DNA of 64,000 bases from a bacterium (GTDB lineage: Bacteria; Patescibacteriota; Patescibacteriia; UBA9570): positions 4,179 to 68,178 of the forward strand of contig JAUYKW010000025.1 of NCBI GenBank assembly GCA_030698395.1, read 5' to 3'. Positions within the stretch are counted from its first letter, which is position 1. Every line of letters begins with the position of its first letter. Position numbers and translations under genes: made by a program. Positions 1-10,642 of the stretch are shown piece by piece. The notes beneath the pieces were generated by a model that saw only the letters and a list, made by a program, of their open reading frames with translations, ran no database searches and was not told the DNA's origin.

Positions 1-48
1 GATCATTGTTTAGTATAGAACATAATAATAGTACCGTATTTTATTTTG

Positions 49-122
49 TGGACGGTAGTGGATTCGAACCGCTGACCTCTTGCGTGTCGAGCAAGCGCTC
101 TAACCAACTGAGCTAACCGTCC
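49..122 (-). tRNA. tRNA-Val (anticodon GAC); atypical C at position 33 and one C·A mismatch in T-stem
   Basis: Hand-folded cloverleaf on the minus strand: acceptor GGACGGT/ACCGTCC, D-arm GCTC/GAGC, anticodon stem CTTGC/GCAAG, loop TCGACAC, T-loop TTCGAAT. Confidence 0.7.
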
Positions 123-197
123 CTTTTATTTTTTAATGTTCACTATATAACCGTAGCAACAACAACCCCTTTGTACTCCCTTCCGGCAAGCAAGTAA

Positions 198-247
198 CCT
201 CCGCCAGAGGCGGATCAGCCTTCGGCTGAAACTGAGCTAACCGTCCC
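198..247 (-). repeat. Truncated 5' copy of tRNA-Val (18 nt, to D-loop CAGTT) fused to a 32-nt twin-hairpin element (tcagccgaaggctga + tccgcctctggcgga)
   Basis: The reverse complement of 230-247 equals the first 18 nt of tRNA-Val. Two adjacent 6-bp stem hairpins follow. Downstream sequence resumes tRNA-like 'ggtta..gcttgc'. Confidence 0.8.
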
Positions 248-254
248 TTTTTTG

Positions 255-327
255 TGCTCCTAGATGGAATTGAACCATCGACCCCAGTCTTATAAGGACT
301 GTGCTCTAACCCCTGAGCTATAGGAGC
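255..327 (-). tRNA. tRNA-Ile (anticodon UAU, reads AUA)
   Basis: Cloverleaf: acceptor GCTCCTA/TAGGAGC, anticodon stem CAGTC/GACTG, loop CTTATAA, T-loop TTCAATT. Confidence 0.75.
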
Positions 328-486
328 CTGGACAGTTCCTTCGGAACTGAACAGGCAAGCTGAATTTGTAAATAACCACTGCTTGTCTGTTCAATTACGA
401 ACAAAGTGAGTAATTGTCCAGAAGCTATAGGAGCTTATAATGTGATGTATATATTAGCAGACCAAGAAAATTGAACAAGTGTCTAC

Positions 487-1482
487 CTACTTCTTGGCTA
501 TCTTTCCAGCACCTACTAAGCGAATTGTTTTTCCCGTATGTTTTTCTTTTTGTATACGTTTAAATAACAGTGTCCATGAAACCCATTGCCATGTAGAAAA
601 AATCATCGCAAATATTAATGTAGCTACAACATAAAATGTTCCACCTACAAATAATACATTCAAGACATTCGCAACTTCACCCTCAGGACTAACAATCAAC
701 ATCAATCCTAAATATGGTGCTATTACTACAAACGTAGTTAAAATAATGAAGATACCCATTACTGTTGCTAAAACAAATACCACAGCAGCCATTTCAACTG
801 TAACTAACCAATTATTTAAAAATAATTGCAATCCTTGTACCAACGCAGATCCTAAATCTTTATCTTCTAATACAATAAAGTTAGCTGCATACCTAACAAC
901 AAAAGATATTACCAGAATCAATGGCACTAACAGCACGCTTCCAATCAACACTAATGAGATTTGCGCATCATATAATGAGCCAGCATCTCCCAGCTGAACA
1001 ATCAAACCATTCATGGGTAAAATCAACGAAGTAATTACTAACAAAGAAACGAAATTCAAAACAAACAATGAAAACGCATGTTTCACACCTGCTTGAAACG
1101 CTTCAATAAAAGTAACTGTTTTTGTTCGCCTTTTACCTTGCAAACCAGCTGCATAAATTAATCCACCTTCAGCAACCACAATCATGTAAGCTACAATTAA
1201 TAGAGATCCCAACAATAATCCACAAAATATTATTACAGACACATTTCCTGCAGATATTAAATTTATTGCATTATTTAGTAATTGTATCCAAGATTGTTGT
1301 TGCCAAAATTGAATACTAAATACACTATCAATATTCAATAAATTGTTTACATAACGTAGATATCTGTCAATTTCACCAGCAGTGCCCGTTATAAATACAA
1401 CGAACAGACCAAATACCCATAGTTGTGGGTGACGAGATGTGAGTATCCAACCTTGTGAGAGAACATCTTTATATAGCTTCAT
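487..1482 (-). CDS. polytopic integral membrane protein, function unknown
   Basis: 331-aa ORF with many hydrophobic helices; no recognisable catalytic motif. Confidence 0.5.
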   Translation of the reverse strand: MKLYKDVLSQGWILTSRHPQLWVFGLFVVFITGTAGEIDRYLRYVNNLLNIDSVFSIQFWQQQSWIQLLNNAINLISAGNVSVIIFCGLLLGSLLIVAYMIVVAEGGLIYAAGLQGKRRTKTVTFIEAFQAGVKHAFSLFVLNFVSLLVITSLILPMNGLIVQLGDAGSLYDAQISLVLIGSVLLVPLILVISFVVRYAANFIVLEDKDLGSALVQGLQLFLNNWLVTVEMAAVVFVLATVMGIFIILTTFVVIAPYLGLMLIVSPEGEVANVLNVLFVGGTFYVVATLIFAMIFSTWQWVSWTLLFKRIQKEKHTGKTIRLVGAGKIAKK

Positions 1483-1499
1483 ACTAAATGGATTACTTT

Positions 1500-3359
1500 T
1501 TATGCCACACTTGCCATTAAGACTTCGAACTCTTTTCGCTCCAAAGTTTCCTTCTCCATTAGTACTTTTGCTAGTTCCTCCAATTCCTTACTATGTTCAT
1601 GTAGAATCGATTTAGCAACCTTATATGCTGAATCAATTAACTCGTCTACAGATGTATCAATACGTTTTGCAGTATCTTCAGAGTAGTCGCGTTGCTCGGA
1701 TAATTCTTTACCAAGGAACACAACTTCTTCGCGATGTCCAAATGTGCGAGGACCAAGATCCTCACTCATACCATACTGAGTTACTAACAATCTGGCAAGT
1801 TTTGTTGCCTTCTGTAAATCATTACTTGCACCAGTTGTGATCTCTCCAAAGATTTGTTCTTCTGCAACCCTACCTCCAAGCATCACTGCTAAATCTGCTA
1901 AGAACTCTGCTTTTGTATGTAAGCTCTTATCTCTTTCTGGTAATTTTAATGTATAACCTCCAGCTCTGCCTCGTGAGATAATAGAAATTTTATGAACCGG
2001 ATCCGCATCTTTAGAAAAATGTGCTACCAAGGCATGTCCGCCTTCATGATAAGCTGTTATTTTCTTCTCCTCTTCATTTATCACAGCAGATTTTCTTTCT
2101 GGTCCCATCATCACTTTTTCAATTGCATCTAAACAATCTTTCATAGTAATACTTTTTCTATCTTCTCTAGCTGTTAGAATCGCTGCCTCATTCAAGATAT
2201 TCTCTAAATCAGCTCCAGAAAAACCAGGTGTTCTTTGAGCGATAGCTTTTAATTCAGCATCTTTATCAAGAGGTTTGTTTGCTGAATGCACTTTCAATAT
2301 TTGCTCTCTCTCTTTGATGTCAGGTAAATCAATAGTTACGTGACGATCAAATCTTCCTGGTCTTAACAATGCTGGGTCTAACACGTCTGGTCTATTCGTT
2401 GCTGCAATTACAATAACTCTTGTTTCATTATCAAAACCATCCATCTCTACTAATATTTGATTTAAAGTTTGTTCACGTTCATCGTGAGAACCACCTAAAC
2501 CAGTTCCACGTTGTCTACCTACTGCATCAATTTCATCTACAAATACAATTGCTGGAGCATTTTGTTTTGCTTTCTTAAACAAATCTCTTACTCGAGAAGC
2601 ACCAACTCCGACAAACATTTCTACAAATTCTGATCCAGAAATATGATAAAACGGAACATCAGCTTCTCCAGAAACTGCTCTGGCCATTAATGTTTTACCA
2701 GTTCCCGGGGAACCAACTAATAGCACACCACTAGGAACCTTGGCCCCTAATTTTGAGTATTTTTGGGGATGCTTCAAAAAGTCTACTACTTCCTGCAATT
2801 CTTCCTTAGCTTCAGTTGCACCAGCAACATCTTTAAAGGTCACCTTATTCTTCTTATCTGCTCCTTTTTCTTCTTTAGCACCAGAACGACCAAACATCAT
2901 TGCTTTATTATTAGCACCTTGCACCTGTCGCAACATAAACCACAAAATAAGACCAATAACTAAGATGCTAATCAAGCCAGGTGATAGCATTGATAACCAA
3001 TATGTAAACCCAGTATTACTTGTTACAATAATATCTTGTTGACGAATAACTTTTTCAGAAACACCCTGTTGAACTAACAATTCAGTAATTGGTTGGCCAG
3101 TTTCTTTTCTGGCAGTTACCACTGTATCGTCATTCAAGACAATCTCTAATGCTTGTTCACCTTTTACTTCAATCTGTTTTACTTCGCCCGCCTCTACTTT
3201 CTCTACTAACTGACTTAAGGTTATTTCTTCTGTGCTGTTACCTGGTTCATTGACCAAACTAAATACTGCACCAACTACAACAACCATCACCACAAAAGTT
3301 ATGAAATTTCTAAATAACTGTGGCCCTTTACCTTTTTTTGCTTTTGGTAATTTTGGCAT
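1500..3359 (-). CDS. ftsH: ATP-dependent zinc metalloprotease FtsH
   Basis: N-terminal TM region, AAA+ Walker A GSPGTGKT, second region of homology, HEGGHA zinc-binding motif. Confidence 0.95.
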   Translation of the reverse strand: MPKLPKAKKGKGPQLFRNFITFVVMVVVVGAVFSLVNEPGNSTEEITLSQLVEKVEAGEVKQIEVKGEQALEIVLNDDTVVTARKETGQPITELLVQQGVSEKVIRQQDIIVTSNTGFTYWLSMLSPGLISILVIGLILWFMLRQVQGANNKAMMFGRSGAKEEKGADKKNKVTFKDVAGATEAKEELQEVVDFLKHPQKYSKLGAKVPSGVLLVGSPGTGKTLMARAVSGEADVPFYHISGSEFVEMFVGVGASRVRDLFKKAKQNAPAIVFVDEIDAVGRQRGTGLGGSHDEREQTLNQILVEMDGFDNETRVIVIAATNRPDVLDPALLRPGRFDRHVTIDLPDIKEREQILKVHSANKPLDKDAELKAIAQRTPGFSGADLENILNEAAILTAREDRKSITMKDCLDAIEKVMMGPERKSAVINEEEKKITAYHEGGHALVAHFSKDADPVHKISIISRGRAGGYTLKLPERDKSLHTKAEFLADLAVMLGGRVAEEQIFGEITTGASNDLQKATKLARLLVTQYGMSEDLGPRTFGHREEVVFLGKELSEQRDYSEDTAKRIDTSVDELIDSAYKVAKSILHEHSKELEELAKVLMEKETLERKEFEVLMASVA

Positions 3360-3364
3360 AATAA

Positions 3365-4540
3365 TTATTCTTTAACTGTTTCTTCTTTTGGCTCCTCAAC
3401 TACAGCCACTTCTTCAATTGCTGGAGCTTCCTTTGGTGTCTCATGTAATGCTTTATAAGATAATCCCAATCTATGCTGATTTGGTTCGATAGAAATTATT
3501 TTAAATTCATAAGTTTTTCCTTCTTGAACTACTTCAGTAGGACTAGACAATTTTTTATATGAAAGCTCAGAAATATGTGCTAACCCATGAATCTCTGTAT
3601 CTAATTCCACAAATGCTCCAAAAGGATTAACTTTTAGAACAATACCTTCTACAGTATCACCAATATTATATTTTTTAGTGATAATCTGCCATGGATCAGT
3701 TTCTAGATTTCTAATACTTAATGAAATTTTAGAATCATCAATACTGATAATTTGAGCTTTCACATCCTGTCCAATACTTACAAAGTCAGATGGATTATCA
3801 ATTCTCTGCCATGCAATTTCAGATATATGTACTAATCCTTCTAGACCATCTCCAAATTCAATAAATGCCCCAAAGTCCACCACACCAGTTACTTTACCTT
3901 CAACTACATCGTTTACCTTGTACTGAGAGATCTTTTGCTGTTGTTGTTCAGCTTTAGCTAATTTTTCTGAAACTATTAATTTATTTTCAATTTCATCTAC
4001 ATCAATCACTTTTACTTGAAAAGCCTCAGATACATAATCTTTTAGCTTCTCTAAAATTCTACTCTTATTACCGCCTTCTACTCTTGGATAATGTTCAACC
4101 GACAATTGTGATACTGGTAAAAAACCAGATACATTTCCAACGCGGATAATTAAACCTCCTTTATTTGCGTCTAAGATATGTGCATCAACAACACTTTGTC
4201 CATGCATTAACTCTTTTAATGACTTCCATGCTTTATCATGACCAGCCTGCTGGAATGATAATTCTACTTCACCATTTTCATTTTCTACTTCAACTACACT
4301 TGCAGTTGCTTCATCACCTACCTTTAAATTTGAATATTCTCCAGATTCATCAAATAATTCTGGACCTCTTACTACTCCAGATGCATAACCTCCGATATCT
4401 AAATGAACTTCATTTTTTGAAGCTAAGATAACTTTACCTGTAATTATATCTCCTTGATTCGGAATAGCTATTTCACTATTATCCGCCAAGAGCTGAGCCA
4501 TGACGCTCTGTGTATCAGCCTTTTGGGTTAAATTGGCCAT
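3365..4540 (-). CDS. rpsA: 30S ribosomal protein S1 (multiple S1 domains)
   Basis: Repeated S1 RNA-binding motifs (G..V.G.V..V.DFGAFVE..G.EGLVHISE). Confidence 0.8.
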   Translation of the reverse strand: MANLTQKADTQSVMAQLLADNSEIAIPNQGDIITGKVILASKNEVHLDIGGYASGVVRGPELFDESGEYSNLKVGDEATASVVEVENENGEVELSFQQAGHDKAWKSLKELMHGQSVVDAHILDANKGGLIIRVGNVSGFLPVSQLSVEHYPRVEGGNKSRILEKLKDYVSEAFQVKVIDVDEIENKLIVSEKLAKAEQQQQKISQYKVNDVVEGKVTGVVDFGAFIEFGDGLEGLVHISEIAWQRIDNPSDFVSIGQDVKAQIISIDDSKISLSIRNLETDPWQIITKKYNIGDTVEGIVLKVNPFGAFVELDTEIHGLAHISELSYKKLSSPTEVVQEGKTYEFKIISIEPNQHRLGLSYKALHETPKEAPAIEEVAVVEEPKEETVKE

Positions 4541-4666
4541 AAATTAATTATTAATTAACCAAACCTGACCTAAAAGTTTGGATTACTTATTAAATATGCT
4601 AAAAATATAGCGTAATGATTATACAGAAAGATAGAAAAATTTGCAAGACTAGGGTATATTAAGGAT

Positions 4667-5230
4667 ATGACTAGAACAACACTCGATGGAGCAAAATTTA
4701 GAAAGATGGTGATGAAAGCCACTGGTACTAAGGGCTATCTATCTTCATCTGTATCAAAATCTATTCAATCGTCTGGTTCAAAGAAATTCATGCAATCTGG
4801 TGCCAAAGTATCAAAACGCGACGCAACTAAAGTAATTAAGCAATTGAAAGAGGAGGGTTTAGCTCACAAAGTAACATCAAATGCTACAAAATACGTCGGT
4901 ACTGCGTACGCAAAGGAAGAACGGCGCAAAGAATCGATAAAAAAGATGAATATCTCCGAACGTCAAAAAGAGATTTCTGCAGAGAAAGCTGCCGAACAAA
5001 ACGGCAAAATGGCAACCACAAAAACAAAATCATCTGGCGGACAAGGTGCAACCCATCTTCAACAAGCTTCGAGCATGCCCTCAAGTAGTGGGGGAAATAC
5101 TGATAGTTTCGTTGGATCAATTTACGGCAAAACAAATATCAAACCTCAAAGTGAACTTCCAACTCCTGTAGAAAAACCACAAGAATGGAAAGATGAAGAA
5201 GAAAATTTAATTGATCTAGCTATTGATTAG
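4667..5230 (+). CDS. hypothetical Lys/Ser-rich low-complexity protein
   Basis: 187-aa ORF; no recognisable domain. Confidence 0.4.
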   Translation: MTRTTLDGAKFRKMVMKATGTKGYLSSSVSKSIQSSGSKKFMQSGAKVSKRDATKVIKQLKEEGLAHKVTSNATKYVGTAYAKEERRKESIKKMNISERQKEISAEKAAEQNGKMATTKTKSSGGQGATHLQQASSMPSSSGGNTDSFVGSIYGKTNIKPQSELPTPVEKPQEWKDEEENLIDLAID

Positions 5231-5257
5231 TGCCTCCGGAAGTGTTATAGTGCTTCT

Positions 5258-5857
5258 ATGCAAATTCAATGGTTAGGCCTAGCGTCATTCAAAATTCAAA
5301 CAAAAAATTCAGTAATTATCACCGATCCATACTCGGATTCTTCTGGTTTGATAATGCCAAAATCAAAAGCAGATATTATATTAGTATCTGACACACAAAA
5401 TGCATTAGCCAATAATGTAAAAAGATTAAGTGGTGATTCATTTCTCATTACTGGTCCTGGTGAGTATGAAGTGAAGCATTCTTTTGTATATGGTATACCA
5501 GCAAAAAATACCATCTACTTAATAGAGGATGAAGATATTAAAATTGCTTTTCTTGGACTACTCGATTCCGACTTAAAAGATAAACACTTAGAAAGCATCG
5601 AAGGTGCTGATATCTTATTATTACCAGTTGGTACATTAACTAAAGAACAACGTACTATTTTAATTAGCCAGGTAGAGCCTAAAGTTATCATTCCTTATCT
5701 GTATAAACAACCAAAAGTAAAACAAAGCCTAGAACCCCTAGAAACATTCCTCAAAGAGATGGGCATTAAAGATACTGAACCAATCGATAAATACTCAATT
5801 AAAAAACAAAATCTTCCACAAGAAGAAACTATTGTGACCATATTAAAGCATGCCTAA
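5258..5857 (+). CDS. MBL-fold metal-dependent hydrolase (UPF0173-like)
   Basis: The N-terminal 'IQWLGLASFKIQTKNSVIITDPY' and 'ADIILVSDTQ' pattern is typical of the UPF0173/MBL-fold family. Confidence 0.6.
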   Translation: MQIQWLGLASFKIQTKNSVIITDPYSDSSGLIMPKSKADIILVSDTQNALANNVKRLSGDSFLITGPGEYEVKHSFVYGIPAKNTIYLIEDEDIKIAFLGLLDSDLKDKHLESIEGADILLLPVGTLTKEQRTILISQVEPKVIIPYLYKQPKVKQSLEPLETFLKEMGIKDTEPIDKYSIKKQNLPQEETIVTILKHA

Positions 5858-6551
5858 AATATCTAAAAAAGCTAAAACTACAAAAAAGACTTCAGCAAAA
5901 AAAACACCGGTTACTAAAGCAAAAAAAGCTTCTAAACCTGTTGCTAAAAAGTCTCCTGAAAAAAAGATTGTAGCCAAAAAGACTACTCAAAAAAAACCGC
6001 TTGTAAAATCTGTTACCAAAGCTAGGAAACGGAAAACAGAAAAAAAAGTTGTTAAAGCAAAAAAAACAACGCCAATACAAAATAAGAAACCCGTAACTCC
6101 AGAAAATCCAGCATTAGAAACACCATCTTTTCCAACAGTAAATGTCATCGAAACAGTATCTGAAACTGTAGAGGAAACTATTCCAGAAACCAAACCACAA
6201 ACTACACAAGTTAAAGTAAAAAATGCCCAATCAACTGTGTGGGTTACAGTAATATTTGTTACTACAGTAATATTTGGAGCTTGGTTATATTCTTTAAAAT
6301 TTACTGTATTAAAACCAATACCAGAAACTGCTGCTAGCACAGCTGTAACAGAAGTTCAGCTAGATGAATTCGTAGATAATCTAAAAGATGGTTGGTCTTC
6401 GCTTCAAGAAAACGTATCTGAGTTAGAAATAGAACCAGACACATTAACAAAAACAGAAGAGACTAAATTAAACTCTACGTCTCGCAAATTAGAGCCGAAG
6501 AGTGAGCCCAGCACGGAGGAGCTAGATTCCTTATTCTCTGATATTAACTAA
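5850..6551 (+). CDS. membrane protein with histone-H1-like Lys-rich N-terminal region
   Basis: KKAK/KKT repeats, then one TM helix ([18 protein letters not shown]); the start overlaps the upstream stop by 8 nt. Confidence 0.55.
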   Translation: MPKISKKAKTTKKTSAKKTPVTKAKKASKPVAKKSPEKKIVAKKTTQKKPLVKSVTKARKRKTEKKVVKAKKTTPIQNKKPVTPENPALETPSFPTVNVIETVSETVEETIPETKPQTTQVKVKNAQSTVWVTVIFVTTVIFGAWLYSLKFTVLKPIPETAASTAVTEVQLDEFVDNLKDGWSSLQENVSELEIEPDTLTKTEETKLNSTSRKLEPKSEPSTEELDSLFSDIN

Positions 6552-6553
6552 AT

Positions 6554-9109
6554 ATGGCAACAACAAAAAAAAATAAGCCCACTTCTTCAGATAAAGCGAA
6601 GAAGTCTTCAAGTAATAGTAAAAAACCAGAAACAGGAGTTGTAGAAGATACAACAAGACATATTGGTGTAGTACCTCAACCTATTGTTAAAGAAATGGAA
6701 GTTTCTTATTTAAACTACGCCATGAGTGTAATTGTAATGCGTGCCCTACCAGATGTACGTGACGGACTAAAACCTGTGCATCGTCGTATTCTTTATGCTA
6801 TGTGGACAATTGGCTTAAAATCCAATGCTAAATTTAGAAAATCAGCAACTGTAGTCGGTGAAGTTTTAGGTAAATATCATCCACATGGTGACTCTGCTGT
6901 ATATGATAGTTTAGTACGCCTTGCACAAGACTTTTCTATGCGATATCCATTAGTAAATGGCCAAGGTAACTTTGGTTCAATGGATGGAGATTCTGCTGCA
7001 GCCATGCGTTACACTGAAGCAAAACTACAGAAGATTGCAGAAGAAATGCTAACTGACATTGAAAAAGATACAGTTGATTTTAGACCCAATTATGATGGGA
7101 GTCATGATGAACCTACAGTAATGCCTTCAAAACTACCGAACTTATTACTAAATGGAACGGTTGGTATAGCAGTAGGAATGGCAACAAATATTCCACCACA
7201 CAACTTAACAGAACTATGTGATGCTCTAACTCATTTGATCGCACATCCCGAAGCAGATGTAGAACAATTGATGGAATTTGTGAAGGGACCAGATCTTCCA
7301 ACGGGTGGCATCATGTATGATGTTGAAGCTATTAAAACGGCTTATGCAACTGGTAAAGGTGGAGTGGTAATGCGCGGTCGAGCAAACATCGAAGAAGGAC
7401 CAAGAGGTCATCAAATAATTATTACTGAAATACCTTATCAAGTTAATAAAGCCACGCTTGTAGAAAAAATTGCAAATCTTGTTAAAGATAAAAAGCTTGA
7501 AGGAATCAGAGATTTAAGAGATGAATCAGATCGTAATGGTATCCGTGTTGTAGTTGATCTAAAAAAAGATGCATACCCAAAGAAAATTCTTAATCGTTTA
7601 TACAAACTAACTCAGCTCCAAGAAAAATTCCACTTTAACATGGTGGCACTGCTGGATGGACTACAACCACGCGTACTTACACTAAAGATGCTCTTGGAAG
7701 AATACATTAAGCATCGAGAGGTTGTAGTAGAACGAAGAACTAAATATGAATTAAAGAAGGCGGAAGAGCGTGCCCATATCTTAGAGGGCTTAGCAATGGC
7801 TTTGGAAAAGATTGATTTAGTAATCAAAACCATCAAACAATCAAAGGATAAAGGTGATGCAAAAATTAACTTGATGAAAAAGTTCAAGTTTAGTGAACGC
7901 CAAACTCTAGCTATTTTGGACATGAAACTACAGCAACTAGCTAATTTGGAGCGTATTCAAGTAGAAAAAGAACTAAAAGAAAAACAACAGTTAATAAAAG
8001 AATTAAAGAAAATTCTTTCTAGTCGATTAACAATTCTAGCGGTTGTAAAAGATGAAATTACAGACATGAAAGATAAATATGGTGACGAACGCAGAACAGA
8101 AATTGTTGCAAATGCTATCGGACAGTTCTCACAAGAAGATTTGATTCCAAAGGAACCAACATTAATTATGATGACGCGTGATGGCTACATCAAACGTTTA
8201 GCGCCGGATACTTTCAAACAACAACATCGAGGTGGAAAAGGAATTATTGGTTTAACTGCCAAAGAAGAAGATGCAGTAGAACGTCTATTAGATGCTAACA
8301 CTCATTCAGAAATTCTATTCTTCACATCTAAAGGTCGGATTTTTCAATTAAAGGCCTATGAAATTCCACAAGCTTCTAGAACCTCAAAAGGTCAGGCAGC
8401 AGTAAATTTCCTTCAACTAGGACCAGAAGAAGAAGTAAATGCTGTACTTTCATTAGATGATATTGCAAAGCATAAATATCTAGTAATGGTCACCAAAAAT
8501 GGCATCATCAAAAAAACCAAAACTGAAGCATTAACAAATGTTAGACGATCTGGATTAATAGCTATCAAGATTAAAGACAAAGATAAGCTACAGTGGGTTA
8601 AACCATCAAGTGGTAAGGATCAAATCATACTAGTAACAGATGATGGACAAGCTATCCGCTTTAATGAAGATAAAATTCGTGAAATGGGTAGATCTGCAGC
8701 TGGTGTTCGCGGTATTCGTCTAAAAAATGATGGACATGTTGTAGGTATGGATATGATATCAAATGATACCGAGGCATCTCATCAACTAATAATTGTTACA
8801 AAAAATGGTTACGGTAAAAGAACTGATGTAAAGAATTTTAAAATCCAAAACAGAGGTGGTTCTGGAGTAAAAACAGCTAAAGTAACCGATAAAACTGGTA
8901 GCGTGGTTCGAGGCTTCATAATTGATACAAAAACGGAATTAGAGGAAGACATTCTAATTATGTCTAAAAAGGGACAAGTTATCCGCTTACCACTTAAGGG
9001 TATATCAAAGATGGGCAGAGCAACCCAAGGAGTTCGAGTAATGAAGTTTAAAGCAGCTGGTGATGAAGTTGCTGGTATCACATTCCTCCAACAACTTCCA
9101 ACAGACTAA
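6554..9109 (+). CDS. gyrA: DNA gyrase subunit A
   Basis: [14 protein letters not shown] active-site region, GyrA-box-like QQHRGGKG, C-terminal beta-pinwheel repeats; 851 aa. Confidence 0.9.
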   Translation: MATTKKNKPTSSDKAKKSSSNSKKPETGVVEDTTRHIGVVPQPIVKEMEVSYLNYAMSVIVMRALPDVRDGLKPVHRRILYAMWTIGLKSNAKFRKSATVVGEVLGKYHPHGDSAVYDSLVRLAQDFSMRYPLVNGQGNFGSMDGDSAAAMRYTEAKLQKIAEEMLTDIEKDTVDFRPNYDGSHDEPTVMPSKLPNLLLNGTVGIAVGMATNIPPHNLTELCDALTHLIAHPEADVEQLMEFVKGPDLPTGGIMYDVEAIKTAYATGKGGVVMRGRANIEEGPRGHQIIITEIPYQVNKATLVEKIANLVKDKKLEGIRDLRDESDRNGIRVVVDLKKDAYPKKILNRLYKLTQLQEKFHFNMVALLDGLQPRVLTLKMLLEEYIKHREVVVERRTKYELKKAEERAHILEGLAMALEKIDLVIKTIKQSKDKGDAKINLMKKFKFSERQTLAILDMKLQQLANLERIQVEKELKEKQQLIKELKKILSSRLTILAVVKDEITDMKDKYGDERRTEIVANAIGQFSQEDLIPKEPTLIMMTRDGYIKRLAPDTFKQQHRGGKGIIGLTAKEEDAVERLLDANTHSEILFFTSKGRIFQLKAYEIPQASRTSKGQAAVNFLQLGPEEEVNAVLSLDDIAKHKYLVMVTKNGIIKKTKTEALTNVRRSGLIAIKIKDKDKLQWVKPSSGKDQIILVTDDGQAIRFNEDKIREMGRSAAGVRGIRLKNDGHVVGMDMISNDTEASHQLIIVTKNGYGKRTDVKNFKIQNRGGSGVKTAKVTDKTGSVVRGFIIDTKTELEEDILIMSKKGQVIRLPLKGISKMGRATQGVRVMKFKAAGDEVAGITFLQQLPTD

Positions 9110-9142
9110 AAAAACAGTAGAGACGCGATTAAACAAATAAAA

Positions 9143-9176
9143 GTAGGGACCTGCCATGGCATGTCCCTACTTTTTT
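9143..9176 (+). terminator. intrinsic terminator (gtagggac...gtccctac hairpin + T-run) downstream of gyrA
   Basis: Near-perfect 28-nt palindrome followed by TTTTTT. Confidence 0.8.
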
Positions 9177-9261
9177 AATCAATAATTATCTCTACTGTTT
9201 TTGATTCCTTCGCGTCTCTCTATTTATATTTATTTTTAAATTCATTTAATTACAAAAATAT

Positions 9262-9289
9262 GTAGGGATAAGTCGCGACTTACCCCTAC
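9262..9289 (-). terminator. palindromic terminator-like element gtagggataaGTCGCGACttacccctac downstream of tpiA
   Basis: 28-nt near-perfect palindrome with GTCGCGAC core; an A-run precedes it on the plus strand. Confidence 0.6.
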
Positions 9290-9328
9290 ATATTTATCGC
9301 ATTTCTATAATATTATATTCCCTATATC

Positions 9329-10051
9329 CTAATAATTCACAATCTGAATAAAATCCTCTGATTTCAAACTCGCACCTCCAACCAAAGCTCCATCAATATC
9401 TGCTTGTTGCATTAATTCCACAACATTATCCGGTTTTACCGATCCACCATATAAAATACGCGTTTCTTCATTCACCTGTTTCCTAATTACTGCATGCATT
9501 TCCTGAGCCTGTTCTGGAGTTGCTGTTTCGCCTGTACCAATTGCCCATATAGGCTCATAAGCTACTACAATTTTTGATAATTGCTCATTAGATAAACCAT
9601 CTAAAGCAACTTTTAATTGATTTTCTACCACTGTAACCATCTCATTATTCTTCCGTTGTATTAAAGATTCACCCACACACACTATCGGAACAAAGTCAGC
9701 ATCTAAAGCAGCAAAAATTTTACTATGAACAGTCTCATCAGTTTCGTTATTATCTCTACGTCTTTCTGAATGTCCAATAATCACATAGGAGCAACCTAGT
9801 TCCTGTAACATATCAGCTGATATCTCACCAGTGTATGCTCCTGATTCTTCCCAATGAAAATTTTGTGCTCCGTATCCCACTTTTGTGCCAGCTAATAATT
9901 CCTGCATCTTACTTAATACAGTATAAGGACCACACAATACTACCTCTCGATCGCTATTTATCTCGTTTTTTAGGAATTTTTGAATAAAATCTTCCGCTTC
10001 TGCGTTGGTTTTATTCATCTTCCAATTTGCTGCTAATAAAGGAATTCTCAT
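9329..10051 (-). CDS. tpiA: triosephosphate isomerase
   Basis: AANWKMN and YEPIWAIGTG signatures. Start placed at the internal Met (MRIPLLAANWKMNKT); the ORF extends to 10096. Confidence 0.9.
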   Translation of the reverse strand: MRIPLLAANWKMNKTNAEAEDFIQKFLKNEINSDREVVLCGPYTVLSKMQELLAGTKVGYGAQNFHWEESGAYTGEISADMLQELGCSYVIIGHSERRRDNNETDETVHSKIFAALDADFVPIVCVGESLIQRKNNEMVTVVENQLKVALDGLSNEQLSKIVVAYEPIWAIGTGETATPEQAQEMHAVIRKQVNEETRILYGGSVKPDNVVELMQQADIDGALVGGASLKSEDFIQIVNY

Positions 10052-10183
10052 AAAGTAAAGTATAGCATATAATCTTTTTATGCTTAAAATAATCATGAAT
10101 ATCCAAATTGTTGCACTTGCATTATTGATTAATTCTAGTTATAGTAACGCTGATTTATGATGATCTTTAACGGTTTAATTTAA

Positions 10184-10642
10184 ATGTCCAATCGTCACTT
10201 AGCACGCACAATTGCACTTCAAAGCTTGTACGAATGGGATTTCACAGATCAACAACACGTTGCTCTTGAATTAGTAAAGCGTAATCAGGGTGATTTTGCT
10301 CCTGAATTTGATGATCAAAAATTCGCTGAAAATTTGGTAGAAAAAGTTATCGAGAATCTTAGTGCACTAAACGAATATATCGCAAAATACGCTCCAGAAT
10401 GGCCATTAGACCAAATTACAACAGTAGATAGGAATGTATTACGAATCGGCATATATGAACTTATCTTCGATGAAAATATTCCTCCGAAAGTTGCGATTAA
10501 CGAATCAATTGAACTTGCAAAAACTTTTGGTGGGCCATCCAGTGGAAAATTCGTAAACGGTGTGCTTGGTAGCATTTTTAAAGACATCGAAAAAGATATT
10601 GATAACAAAAAATCTAAGAAAGAAAGTGATAAACATGAATAA
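10184..10642 (+). CDS. nusB: transcription antitermination factor NusB
   Basis: [14 protein letters not shown] NusB-family N-terminus; 152 aa. Confidence 0.8.
   Translation: MSNRHLARTIALQSLYEWDFTDQQHVALELVKRNQGDFAPEFDDQKFAENLVEKVIENLSALNEYIAKYAPEWPLDQITTVDRNVLRIGIYELIFDENIPPKVAINESIELAKTFGGPSSGKFVNGVLGSIFKDIEKDIDNKKSKKESDKHE

Noticed and set aside
746-1319. Small plus-strand ORFs 746..997 and 1122..1319, and the many other 60-130 aa ORFs embedded antisense in ftsH, rpsA, gyrA, smc, the his genes and PEPC
   Set aside because: They are fully nested or antisense within well-supported long genes and have low-complexity or implausible composition. Treated as non-coding.
4600-4666. TTGCAA...TATATT as a promoter between rpsA and the 4667 ORF
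   Set aside because: The spacer is only ~10 nt. It is not a credible sigma70 promoter geometry.
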